A stretch of 64,000 bases of DNA from Blastocatellia bacterium (GTDB taxonomy: Bacteria > Acidobacteriota > Blastocatellia > UBA7656). The notes below the pieces were generated by a model. It searched no databases. It was not told the DNA's origin and was given only the letters and a program-made list of their open reading frames with translations. Both the position numbers and the translations under genes were made by a program. Of this stretch, positions 9,400 through 20,804 are shown one piece after another (the first letter of the stretch is position 1; every line of letters begins with the position of its first letter). The DNA lies in assembly GCA_963765495.1 (NCBI GenBank), contig CAVXWP010000007.1, forward strand, positions 480,001 to 544,000, read 5' to 3'.

Positions 9400-10057
9400 G
9401 GTGGAAACGGCCGAAGCGGTCCCCTTCGCCGTCACGCCGCTTCTGGCGTTCAAACTGCGCGTCAGCAATCGCTATCGGGATGAGCCGATTCACACGATTG
9501 CCTTGCGGTGCCAGATCATGATTGATCCGGCTCGCCGTCGCTACCAGGATGAAGATCAAGAGCGATTGCGTGATCTCTTTGGTGAATCGGAGCGGTGGGG
9601 CCAGACCCTGCGCCCGATGCTCTGGACCAATACCAGTATCATAGTTCCCTCATTCACCGGCAGTGATGTGGTTGATCTTCAGGTGCCCTGTACATTCGAT
9701 TTCAATGTCGCGGCGACGAAGTATTTTGCGGGGCTTGAAGATGGCGAGGTGCCGCTCAATCTGTTGTTCAGCGGTACTGTTTTTTATGCAAGCGGCGAGG
9801 GCCCGCTGCGGGTAGCGCAAATTCCATGGGACAAAGAGGCGCGCTACCGCCTGCCTGTGCAGGTGTGGAAGCAGATGATGGATATCTATTACCCCAACAA
9901 TGCCTGGCTCTGTTTGCGCAAAGATGTATTCGACCGGCTCTATCGCTACAAGGTGCAAAAGGGCATTCCGACATGGGAGCAAGCCCTTGAAAGCATTCTT
10001 CCTGACGAGGAGAAGCCCGGCGCTGAGAAGCCCGGCACTGAGGAGATAGTAAACTGA
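9380..10057 (+). CDS. Conserved hhy-associated protein (DUF6084-like)
   Basis: LRCQIMIDPARRRY, DLFG..RWGQTL, PCTFDFNVAATKYF and LLFSGTVFY motifs. Confidence 0.8.
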   Translation: MPDLSFEVETAEAVPFAVTPLLAFKLRVSNRYRDEPIHTIALRCQIMIDPARRRYQDEDQERLRDLFGESERWGQTLRPMLWTNTSIIVPSFTGSDVVDLQVPCTFDFNVAATKYFAGLEDGEVPLNLLFSGTVFYASGEGPLRVAQIPWDKEARYRLPVQVWKQMMDIYYPNNAWLCLRKDVFDRLYRYKVQKGIPTWEQALESILPDEEKPGAEKPGTEEIVN

Positions 10058-11121
10058 TGAACCTCAGACTGGTAGAAAGACTCGTAAACGCCGTGCTCTA
10101 CGAAGGGTACATCCTCTACCCCTATCGGCCATCGGCGGTAAAGAATCAGCGGCGCTTCAGCTTCGGCGCGGTCTGCCCGGAAAGCTATAGCCGCGCAAAT
10201 CACGGCACAGAAGCCTGTAGCATGCAGACAGAGTGTCTGGTGATTGGCGGGCCGCAAACGACGATAGATGTGCACGCGCGATGCCTGCATCTGCTGGCGC
10301 GCGAAGTGGGAGAGGTGGCACCTCCGATAGTCGAGCTAAGCGAAGGCGACGAACCGGAGTATCGCAGGGTCGAGATGCTTGAAATCGGAGACCAGATCTT
10401 TCAAACCTGGGAGGAAGCGGTCGAGCGCGATGTGAGCGTCCCGGGTCTCAGCCTGAATGATCTTGCGGGAAAGCCCCGGCGGCTTGAGTTTGCTTTTTCG
10501 CCAGCGCGCGAGGTGGAACTCTTGCGCGATTCGAGCGACAGGATAGTCGGCGTGATCGTTCGCAAGCAGGAAGCCATCGAAGGGACTCTCGAAATCGCAG
10601 CCGAGTCGATAGGCGATAACCTGTTCAAGGTCTCTGTGCGAATACTGAACCGCACGGGCTTTGACGACGCGGAATCGAAGAACCGCGATGAAGCGTTGAT
10701 GCAATCGCTTGTCTCGACACACACGATCCTCGGCGTTCACGCGGGCGAGTTTGTTTCATTGCTCGACCCGCCCCCGGCTTTGCGCGAGCAGGCGGCGGGT
10801 TGTCAAAACACAGGCACGTGGCCGGTTCTGGTCGGCGAAGAAGGGGAGCGCGATTTGATGCTTTCATCTCCGATCATTCTTTATGACTATCCGCAGATCG
10901 CGCCGGAGAGCCCCGGCGATCTCTTCGATGGAACAGAGATAGACGAGATTCTCACGCTGCGCATCATGACGCTTACGGAAGAGGAAAAGCGCGCCATGCG
11001 CGGCGTGGACGAGCGCGCCCGGCTTATATTGGAACGAACCGAATCGCTTCCAGCCGAGCAACTGATGAAGATGCACGGCGCGATGCGCAGCCTTCGCCCC
11101 ACGCAAGAGGATGAGCGATGA
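10057..11121 (+). CDS. Conserved hhy-associated hypothetical protein
   Basis: AVLYEGYILYPYR and LSSPIILYDYPQIAPESPGDLFDGTEIDEIL motifs; TGATG coupling. Confidence 0.8.
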   Translation: MNLRLVERLVNAVLYEGYILYPYRPSAVKNQRRFSFGAVCPESYSRANHGTEACSMQTECLVIGGPQTTIDVHARCLHLLAREVGEVAPPIVELSEGDEPEYRRVEMLEIGDQIFQTWEEAVERDVSVPGLSLNDLAGKPRRLEFAFSPAREVELLRDSSDRIVGVIVRKQEAIEGTLEIAAESIGDNLFKVSVRILNRTGFDDAESKNRDEALMQSLVSTHTILGVHAGEFVSLLDPPPALREQAAGCQNTGTWPVLVGEEGERDLMLSSPIILYDYPQIAPESPGDLFDGTEIDEILTLRIMTLTEEEKRAMRGVDERARLILERTESLPAEQLMKMHGAMRSLRPTQEDER

Positions 11122-11444
11122 ACGAATGGGAGTGGGAACTTCTCGAAGAGCGAACCCAGTTGGATCATGTCCATGTGCGCGGGATTGATCTCAAGCAGGG
11201 CGACCGCGTTCGGCTCTGCCCGCGAGCGGGCGGCGATATTTTGGACCTTGCGCTCGTGGGAAAGATTGCAACGATTGAATCCATCGAACAGGATTATGAA
11301 GACAAGGTCTATCTGGCAGTGATCCTGGATGACGACCCGGGTCGTGATCTGGGATTGCTCAGACAGCCGGGACATCGCTTCTTCTTTACGCCCGAAGAGG
11401 TCGAGCCGTTTTTGCCCGGCGAAGTCGAAGAGAAAAACTCATGA
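11118..11444 (+). CDS. Conserved hhy-associated small protein (SH3-like)
   Basis: GDRVRL.P...DILD.AL.GK and DDPGRDLG..HRFFF.PEEVEP motifs; ATGA coupling. Confidence 0.75.
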   Translation: MNEWEWELLEERTQLDHVHVRGIDLKQGDRVRLCPRAGGDILDLALVGKIATIESIEQDYEDKVYLAVILDDDPGRDLGLLRQPGHRFFFTPEEVEPFLPGEVEEKNS

Positions 11445-11956
11445 CACAGCCACGCATCCTCATAGCCGGTATCGGCAATATCTTTCTCGGTGATGACGGC
11501 TTCGGCTCGGAAGTGGCGCGACAGTTAGCCGGTCGCGCGCAGCCGGATGAAGTGCGCGTGGTTGACTTTGGCATACGCGGCTTCGATCTTGCCTATGCGT
11601 TGCTTGACGGGTACGAAGTGACGATCTTTATCGATGCGACGGCGCGCGGCGGAGAACCGGGCACGCTTTACACCATTGAGCCTGACCTGAGCGAACTGAC
11701 GGAGATGGGTTCGCAAGAAGCTGCGGTCGAGCCGCACGGCATGGACCCGATGAAGGTGCTTCGGATGGTCAAGGCGATGGGCGGCGAGTTCAAGCGCATC
11801 CTGCTGGTCGCCTGCGAGCCCCTGACGCTTGGCCCGGAGGAGGGGCACATGGGGCTGAGCGAGCCTGTCGAAGCCTCGGTCGGCGAAGCGGTTCGCCTGA
11901 TCGAGTCGCTCATCTCGGAGATTCTTCGGGAAAAGAGTCTGGAAGCGACGAGTTGA
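11441..11956 (+). CDS. Hydrogenase maturation protease (HupD/HybD family)
   Basis: IAGIGNIFLGDDGFG, VDFGIRG, IDA and PHGMDP motifs. Confidence 0.92.
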   Translation: MTQPRILIAGIGNIFLGDDGFGSEVARQLAGRAQPDEVRVVDFGIRGFDLAYALLDGYEVTIFIDATARGGEPGTLYTIEPDLSELTEMGSQEAAVEPHGMDPMKVLRMVKAMGGEFKRILLVACEPLTLGPEEGHMGLSEPVEASVGEAVRLIESLISEILREKSLEATS

Positions 11957-12184
11957 ATCGTTATGAAAAGCTTTGCGTACTCTGCGCCTTTTGGAGAGCC
12001 TGTTTTTCGCACTCACGCTAAGAGCCCTGAGCAGGCTAAGAAGTTGCAGGAAACTGAATGGCCCTGATTAGAGGATGGTCTTTATAAACCTTTAGCTGGT
12101 TGATCGAGTCACTCATACGATATACTGTTAAAGCATAGGTTGGATGCTGTGAGTGATTCTCGAAAGACAGGAGATTATTACAGC

Positions 12185-12325
12185 ATGTACCTTTTTCATC
12201 ACAAAAAATCGTCAAATCACATCGTCTGGAAAATAGTCGGAGGAGCGACCCTCGCAGTCCTCGCCTACGGACTGGTAACGAACCTTCCAGACATCAAGCG
12301 TTACATCGAGATTACAACTATGTAA
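12185..12325 (+). CDS. Small single-TM protein (DUF6893-like, PDxxRY tail)
   Basis: RBS AGGAGA; one hydrophobic helix then LPDIKRYIEITTM. Confidence 0.65.
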   Translation: MYLFHHKKSSNHIVWKIVGGATLAVLAYGLVTNLPDIKRYIEITTM

Positions 12326-12514
12326 TACGGGCTGATCTGTAGCGGGGTTGATCCTCCGGCGTTCGGCTCGAATGAGGAAACGAGCAAGGGTTGGGCAGAC
12401 TAACGCAGGCAACTGCTGAACGGGCGTCTTGTCTCGTCGAGGCGTCCATCACGGAAATCTTAGAAGCATCCGCGATGCGGTTGCTGATCTAATGAAAATA
12501 GGAGAATACCCAAC

Positions 12515-12709
12515 ATGGATAATATCGAGTCCTACGACGGAAAGAGCGCAATGTATTTATTCGGAGGATTGGCCCTGGTCGTTCTCGGCACTGGCCTGAT
12601 CATCTCGCATCCATCCATTCAGAAGTATATGGGGCAGATGGGTCTCACCGATATGGTGCAGGCGGCTGTTCCTGATGTCGAACGATATTTGAAGCTCAGG
12701 TCGATGTGA
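12515..12709 (+). CDS. Small single-TM protein (DUF6893-like paralog)
   Basis: RBS AGGAGA; hydrophobic helix; ends VPDVERYLKLRSM. Confidence 0.65.
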   Translation: MDNIESYDGKSAMYLFGGLALVVLGTGLIISHPSIQKYMGQMGLTDMVQAAVPDVERYLKLRSM

Positions 12710-12833
12710 TTGACGTTGACCTGAGCCGCTATGCCACTTCTTGCCGCAGCGAAAGGGCGTAACTGAGCATAAAGGCTCGCGCAGTCTACGCCCTCTGCCG
12801 GGCTGCGCTGGAAGGAATGACAGGTGAGACCGT

Positions 12834-13403
12834 ATGAGCGCTAGTGAAACCGGCGCAGTAATCTATCGTGTGGACCCCAGGCGAAGTCGTTTTATCGTTC
12901 GCACCTTCGCCACAGGCATGTTGTCGGCCTTTGGGCATAACCCTACGTTAGCCATCCGCGATTTTACGGGTGAGGTGCAGTTCTCGCCCGAGCATCCCGA
13001 AGATGCTTCATTGCGTTTGCAGATCAAAGCCGACTCGCTTGAAGTCACCGACGAAGTAAGCGACAAAGATCGCCGGGAGATCGAGCGGCAGACGCGCGAA
13101 GATGTGCTTGAAGCCGCTCGTTATCCCGAGATCGTTTTTGAGAGTACGAAGGTTTCTGCGGAAAAGGTTATGGGGAGTCAGTACCGCGCACGTATCACCG
13201 GAAAGTTGACATTGCGCGGCATCACGCGCGATTGCGTGATCGACTCGCAGGTGATCGCCGGAGAAGATACCTTGCGCGCCAACGGAGAATTTCCCCTGCG
13301 CCAGAGCGATTTCAATATCAAGCCGGTCAGCGCCGTCGGCGGTACGATCAAGCTCAAAGACGAATTGAAGTTCTCATTTGATATTGTCGCTTATCGGCAG
13401 TGA
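12834..13403 (+). CDS. YceI-family protein
   Basis: LEAARYPEIVFES, GKLTLRGITR and QSDFNIKP pattern. Confidence 0.85.
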   Translation: MSASETGAVIYRVDPRRSRFIVRTFATGMLSAFGHNPTLAIRDFTGEVQFSPEHPEDASLRLQIKADSLEVTDEVSDKDRREIERQTREDVLEAARYPEIVFESTKVSAEKVMGSQYRARITGKLTLRGITRDCVIDSQVIAGEDTLRANGEFPLRQSDFNIKPVSAVGGTIKLKDELKFSFDIVAYRQ

Positions 13404-13497
13404 TCGGTGGTCAGTGGTCAGTGATCACTGTCCGATGGCAATAATTAAAGATCAGCAATCAATAACTGACCACTGACTACAGACCACTGGCCACTGT
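13399..13497. repeat. Heptamer-armed palindrome (CAGTGGT/ACCACTG family)
   Basis: GTGGTCAGTGGTCAGTGATCA left; CTGACCACTGACTACAGACCACTGGCCACTG right. Confidence 0.8.
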
Positions 13498-13503
13498 GAA
13501 AAT

Positions 13504-13848
13504 ATGCACGAGTTATCCATTGCTCTGAGTATCGTGTCGATGGCCGAGGAAGAGGCCAGAGAGCGAGGCGTTCAGGTCAATGCTGTTCACCTCAAACTCG
13601 GAACGCTTTCAGGCGTAGTCAAGGATGCGTTGCTCTTCTCTTATGAACTGGCCTGCGAAGGGACCGCGCTTGAGGGTTCGCAGTTGCTTATAGAGGAAGT
13701 CCCGACGGTGGTCTACTGCCCGGCCTGTCAGGCAGAGCGGAGGCTTGATTCCATTCAGCGATTCTGCTGCTCGGTTTGCGACAGCCCGACGCCTGATGTC
13801 GTGCAGGGGAGGGAGCTAGAAGTGGTTGCCCTGGAGATACAACAATGA
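13504..13848 (+). CDS. hypA: Hydrogenase nickel metallochaperone HypA
   Basis: MHELSIA start; two CxxC; GREL. Confidence 0.95.
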   Translation: MHELSIALSIVSMAEEEARERGVQVNAVHLKLGTLSGVVKDALLFSYELACEGTALEGSQLLIEEVPTVVYCPACQAERRLDSIQRFCCSVCDSPTPDVVQGRELEVVALEIQQ

Positions 13849-14546
13849 GCACACCGCCGCGTCTGGTTGAAGTCAGACAAAAAGTTCTGAAGCAAAATGA
13901 TCTGCTCGCTCGCTCTCTGCGCGAGCGATTTCAGGAAGCCGGGGTTTATGTAATAAGTCTTGTATCAAGCCCCGGCTCGGGCAAGACCATGTTTCTTGAA
14001 AAGATGCTCGGTCGTCTTGGCGAACGCTATCGCGTAGCCGCGCTGGTCGGCGATCTGGCTACGGAAAATGATGCGGCGCGACTGGCGCGCAGCAAGGCTC
14101 CGGTCAGGCAAATCATCACCGGCACGGTCTGCCATCTTGAAGCCGCGATGGTCGAGCGCGCCCTGGAAGGATGGAGTCTCGAAGAGTTGGATTTACTCTT
14201 TATCGAAAACGTAGGCAATATGGTCTGCCCGTCGAGCTATGATCTGGGCGAAGATCTCCGGCTGGTTCTGATGTCGGTGACCGAAGGCGAAGACAAGCCG
14301 CTCAAGTACCCGACGATCTTCAATACGGCCGATGTCGCCGTGATTACCAAGATGGATTTAGCTCAGGCAGTCGAATTCGATTCGGTCGCTGCCAACAGCA
14401 ACATCCAACGGGTTCGGCCCGGCATGCAAATCTTTGAAGCCTCGGCAAAGACCGGCATCGGGTTTGACACGTTTCTGCAATTTATCGAGTCGCGCTTCAA
14501 GGAATCGAGCGGCGACGGTCTCGGCGAGCGAGCCGCTCATTACTAA
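13845..14546 (+). CDS. hypB: Hydrogenase nickel incorporation GTPase HypB
   Basis: SSPGSGKT, CHLEA, ENVGNMVCP and EGEDKPLKYP motifs. Confidence 0.96.
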   Translation: MSTPPRLVEVRQKVLKQNDLLARSLRERFQEAGVYVISLVSSPGSGKTMFLEKMLGRLGERYRVAALVGDLATENDAARLARSKAPVRQIITGTVCHLEAAMVERALEGWSLEELDLLFIENVGNMVCPSSYDLGEDLRLVLMSVTEGEDKPLKYPTIFNTADVAVITKMDLAQAVEFDSVAANSNIQRVRPGMQIFEASAKTGIGFDTFLQFIESRFKESSGDGLGERAAHY

Positions 14547-14563
14547 AATTCACTGTTGAAATT

Positions 14564-16861
<2,298 letters not shown>

Positions 16862-17128
16862 ATGTGTCTTGCAATACCCGGAAAGATCGTCGAGATCGTA
16901 GACGCCGAAAATGACATCGCCAAAGTCGAGGTCGGCGGCGTGCGGCGCAACATCAACATCGGCATGCTCGATAAGGATGATGCGCGCATCGGCGATTACG
17001 TGTTGATACATGTCGGCTTTGCGATGAGCAAAATTGACGAGAAAGAAGCCGTAGAAACGCTCAGGCTTCTCGAAGAACTGGGATCGTATGAAATCGAGAT
17101 AGATCAGTTCAAGAGTTCGATTCAGTAG
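16862..17128 (+). CDS. hypC: Hydrogenase chaperone HypC
   Basis: MCLAIPG start; VLIHVGFAM. Confidence 0.97.
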   Translation: MCLAIPGKIVEIVDAENDIAKVEVGGVRRNINIGMLDKDDARIGDYVLIHVGFAMSKIDEKEAVETLRLLEELGSYEIEIDQFKSSIQ

Positions 17129-17137
17129 GGTGGCGTC

Positions 17138-17827
17138 ATGGCAAAAACTATAGACGATTTCTCTCGCTCGTTTTACCCCTTCCTGCACGATGACGATAAG
17201 AAGCCGCAGGACTTGCAGGAAGAGTTGCGCTTCTCGTTGCTTGAGAAAGCCCGCGAGAGCGTCGAAGTCAAACAACGTTTCTTTCAAGAGAACGCCGATG
17301 CCATTCTCGAAGCGTCACTGGCGATGGCAAAGAGCTTTCAGCGCGGCGGCAAGCTGCTGGTTTGCGGCAACGGCGGCTCGGCCACCGACGCGCAGCACAT
17401 CGCCGTAGAGTTTATGCATCCGATCACGGTAGGCCGCAAGGCGCTGCCTGCAATATGCTTGACCAATGATATGGCGATGGTCACGGCGGTCTCAAACGAC
17501 GTAGGATTTGCCGATGTCTTCTCGCGGCAGGTCATCGCGCTCGGGCGTGAAGGCGACATCCTGCTGGGGATTTCGACCAGCGGCAATTCCGACAACCTGA
17601 TGCACGCCTTCGAGACGGCGCGAAAAATGAAGCTCGTCACCATAGGTTATGCCGGTGGCGACGGTGGCAGGATGGTCGAGCTGCACGCAGCCAGGCGGCT
17701 TGATTTCTGCCTGACGGTTCCGACATCGAGCATCCACCGGATACAGGAAAGCCACGTGACGCTTTATCATACGATGTGGGACATGGTGCACACTTATTTA
17801 GAGCATCGCTCGCTTGTCGAGGGCTGA
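17138..17827 (+). CDS. gmhA: SIS-domain phosphoheptose isomerase (GmhA-like) inside the hyp operon
   Basis: CGNGGSATDAQH, ISTSGNS and RIQESH motifs. Confidence 0.85.
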   Translation: MAKTIDDFSRSFYPFLHDDDKKPQDLQEELRFSLLEKARESVEVKQRFFQENADAILEASLAMAKSFQRGGKLLVCGNGGSATDAQHIAVEFMHPITVGRKALPAICLTNDMAMVTAVSNDVGFADVFSRQVIALGREGDILLGISTSGNSDNLMHAFETARKMKLVTIGYAGGDGGRMVELHAARRLDFCLTVPTSSIHRIQESHVTLYHTMWDMVHTYLEHRSLVEG

Positions 17828-17845
17828 GACGATGGAGGGACTCAA

Positions 17846-18973
17846 ATGAAATTTATAGACGAATACAGACAAAGCGACCTGGCTCGCCGTCTCGCCGATC
17901 AGATCGCGCAGCTGACCGACGAGCCGCTAAAGCTTATGGAAGTCTGCGGCGGCCATACGCACACGATCTTCAAGTACGGCATCGAAGACCTGCTGCCGCC
18001 CAACATCGAGATGATTCACGGGCCGGGATGCCCCGTCTGCGTCATCCCGCTTGGCCGAACCGATGACTCGATCTCGCTCGCCCTGCAACCAGACGTGATT
18101 TTTACCACCTTCGGCGATATGATGCGGGTCCCCGGCTCAAGCACTAACCTGTTTGACGCCAAGGCGGCGGGCGCTGACGTGCGCATGGTCTATTCGCCGC
18201 TCGATGCCTTGAAGATCGCAAAGAAGAATCCCGACCGTCAGGTGATCTTTCTGGCGCTCGGATTTGAGACCACCGCGCCTTCGACGGCGATGACCGTCCG
18301 GCAGGCGGCAAAAGAGCAGGTCGAAAACTTCAGCGTATTTTGCAACCACATCATGATAGTTCCGGCGTTGAAAGCTATGCTCGATTCGCCCGATCTGAAA
18401 CTGGACGGCTTTCTGGGGCCGGGCCACGTCAGCACGGTCATCGGCACGCGCTGTTACGAATTTGTCTCGACCGATTACGGCAAGCCGATAGTCGTGTCGG
18501 GCTTTGAGCCGCTCGACATTTTGCAATCGGCCTATATGATCGTAAAGCAGGTGGTCGAAGGCCGCGCCGAAGTCGAGAATCAGTATTCGCGTGTCGTTTT
18601 GCGCGATGGTAATATCAAGGCATTGGAAGTGATTTTTGATGTCTTCGAACCGCGCGATTATTTCGAATGGCGCGGCCTTGGCTCGATACCAAACAGCGGC
18701 ATGAAGTTGCAGAAGAAGTACGCCGCCTTTGACGCGGAATTGAAATTCGCGGTGCCGGGTCTGAAGATCGCCGACCCGAAAGCCTGCCAGTGCGGCGAGA
18801 TTTTGAAAGGCGTGAAGAAGCCCTGGGAGTGCAAGGTATTCGGGACCGCCTGCACGCCTGAGACGCCAATAGGTTCGTGCATGGTCTCTTCGGAAGGCGC
18901 GTGCGCGGCATATTACAACTTCGGGCGACTCTCGAAAGTCGCCGAACGTTCAGCCCTGAATGCGCGGCCCTGA
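17846..18973 (+). CDS. hypD: Hydrogenase maturation protein HypD
   Basis: MEVCGGHTH, GPGCPVC, GFETT, PGHVS and CMVSSEGAC motifs. Confidence 0.97.
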   Translation: MKFIDEYRQSDLARRLADQIAQLTDEPLKLMEVCGGHTHTIFKYGIEDLLPPNIEMIHGPGCPVCVIPLGRTDDSISLALQPDVIFTTFGDMMRVPGSSTNLFDAKAAGADVRMVYSPLDALKIAKKNPDRQVIFLALGFETTAPSTAMTVRQAAKEQVENFSVFCNHIMIVPALKAMLDSPDLKLDGFLGPGHVSTVIGTRCYEFVSTDYGKPIVVSGFEPLDILQSAYMIVKQVVEGRAEVENQYSRVVLRDGNIKALEVIFDVFEPRDYFEWRGLGSIPNSGMKLQKKYAAFDAELKFAVPGLKIADPKACQCGEILKGVKKPWECKVFGTACTPETPIGSCMVSSEGACAAYYNFGRLSKVAERSALNARP

Positions 18974-19019
18974 ACGCGCGGCCCTGAATGCGCGGCCAAA
19001 CCGTGTCGCAGGAAAAGCT

Positions 19020-20156
19020 ATGACTGACGAATTCAATGCATCGCCGCTCTTTCAACGAGTCGAGCGGGCAAGGCGAAGAAAAGCGCGGATCAGAGAGACC
19101 AACATCACGCTTGCGCACGGCAGCGGCGGCAAGGCTATGCACGAACTGGTCGAGGGTCTGTTTCTGGAATACCTGAGAAACCCGCTGCTTGAGATGCTCG
19201 AAGACCAGGCGGTCTTTGAAGTGCCGCAAACGACGGGCGCGGCTGATTCTTCCGCCGATCAACGTCGGACGAGGCTGGCCTTTACTACCGATTCATTTGT
19301 GGTTGACCCGATCTTCTTTCCCGGAGGCGACATCGGCAAACTCGCCGTCAACGGTACGGTAAACGATCTGGCGATGAGCGGTGCGCGGCCTCTTTATCTC
19401 TCTGCCGGTTTTATTCTCGAAGAAGGTTTTGCCATCGAGGATTTAAAGCGCGTACTCCAGTCCATGCGCGAAGCAAGTGATGAAGCGGGCATACAGATCG
19501 TCACAGGCGACACAAAAGTCGTGCAGAAAGGCAGCGCCGACAAGCTGTTTATAAACACGGCAGGCATAGGCATTCTCGAATCGCCCGCAACGATTTCTGC
19601 GGCGCGCGCGCGCCCCGGCGACAAGGTGATTCTAAGCGGCACGATTGGCGACCACGGCACTACCATCCTGATTGCGCGCGGCGAGCTTGAACTAGAGACG
19701 GACATCGAAAGCGACTGCGCGCCGCTAAACGCCCTGGTGAGTGATATGCTCGATGAGGCCGCTCGCGCCGAACGTCTCGATGCGATCCACTGTCTGCGCG
19801 ACCCTACGCGCGGCGGCGTGGCCACTACGCTGAATGAAATCGCTCTTAGCTCGGAAGTCTGCGTGCAGATTTACGAAGACCGCATCCCGGTGCGCGAAGA
19901 GGTAAAGGGCGCGTGCGAGATACTGGGGCTTGATCCGCTCTACGTTGCAAACGAAGGCAAGTTAATCGCCATCGTCGCGGGCGATATTGCCGACGCGATT
20001 GTGGCGCGGATGCGGCAGAATCGTTACAGCCGCGACGCCTGCATCATCGGCGAAGTCAAGACCGAACCTAAAGGCATCGTCGCTATGGTCACGGGCTTTG
20101 GCGGCACGCGCATCGTAGACATGCTGGCGGGCGAGCAGTTGCCGAGAATCTGTTGA
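19020..20156 (+). CDS. hypE: Carbamoyl dehydratase HypE
   Basis: LAHGSGG, GTVNDLAM, RDPTRGG and C-terminal QLPRIC; start likely ATG 19020. Confidence 0.96.
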   Translation: MTDEFNASPLFQRVERARRRKARIRETNITLAHGSGGKAMHELVEGLFLEYLRNPLLEMLEDQAVFEVPQTTGAADSSADQRRTRLAFTTDSFVVDPIFFPGGDIGKLAVNGTVNDLAMSGARPLYLSAGFILEEGFAIEDLKRVLQSMREASDEAGIQIVTGDTKVVQKGSADKLFINTAGIGILESPATISAARARPGDKVILSGTIGDHGTTILIARGELELETDIESDCAPLNALVSDMLDEAARAERLDAIHCLRDPTRGGVATTLNEIALSSEVCVQIYEDRIPVREEVKGACEILGLDPLYVANEGKLIAIVAGDIADAIVARMRQNRYSRDACIIGEVKTEPKGIVAMVTGFGGTRIVDMLAGEQLPRIC

Positions 20157-20180
20157 AGCGATAGCTTTTAAATCAAAGAC

Positions 20181-20240
20181 TCAGACAGGATTGACAGGAT
20201 TTCTGAAGTAGGATCAAGAAATCCTGTCAATCCTGTCTGA
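20181..20240. repeat. 24-bp perfect inverted repeat (ACAGGATTG family) between convergent genes; possible bidirectional terminator
   Basis: TCAGACAGGATTGACAGGATTTCT / AGAAATCCTGTCAATCCTGTCTGA. Confidence 0.85.
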
Positions 20241-20246
20241 ATCTTT

Positions 20247-20777
20247 TTAGAATGAGATGCTGTAACTCACGCCGGGATTTTTGCCCTGCGCCAGCAGGAA
20301 TGTGAATACGTGACGTTCCCTGAAATTATAGTTCAGCGTCGGGTGGACTTTCACTCCATCAAAAATAATCAGAGATGACAGATTGTTTGTCCAGTTCACA
20401 TTCACCCCGGCAATCGGAAGAAATCTATCTTCATAAGTGCCATAGGCAATTCCCACATAAGGCGAGATCGGCAATCTTACGGCATCAGACAAATTCTTAC
20501 TGACAGTGGCGTAGACGGTCCTGCCGTTCGGCGTGCCGATGCGGTCGGAGCTTGTGCCAAAGATCAGAGCCGGTCTCTTTTCGGTTTCGGTCACGGCCAC
20601 GAAATTTGCAAGCAGTCCTACATCACTTGCTCGCGGATTGTACTCCACACCTATCGAAAGGCGCGGATGGAGGCGATAGGTCAGGGTAGTTCTCAAACCG
20701 GCTCGCGGTATCTGGTTGCTAAGCGCCCTTATCCCGAATGTCCATCTGTCAGGGACTTCATTTTCAGCCCCGCTCAC
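20247..20777 (-). CDS. Outer-membrane beta-barrel-like domain; probably the C-terminal part of a UGA-readthrough fusion with 20805..21713
   Basis: Amphipathic beta strands, ends YSISF; no own signal peptide; in frame with the upstream ORF across two TGA codons. Confidence 0.7.
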   Translation of the reverse strand: MSGAENEVPDRWTFGIRALSNQIPRAGLRTTLTYRLHPRLSIGVEYNPRASDVGLLANFVAVTETEKRPALIFGTSSDRIGTPNGRTVYATVSKNLSDAVRLPISPYVGIAYGTYEDRFLPIAGVNVNWTNNLSSLIIFDGVKVHPTLNYNFRERHVFTFLLAQGKNPGVSYSISF

Positions 20778-20804
20778 GGCGCGGCCCTCTCCCGGTCAGA
20801 GCGG

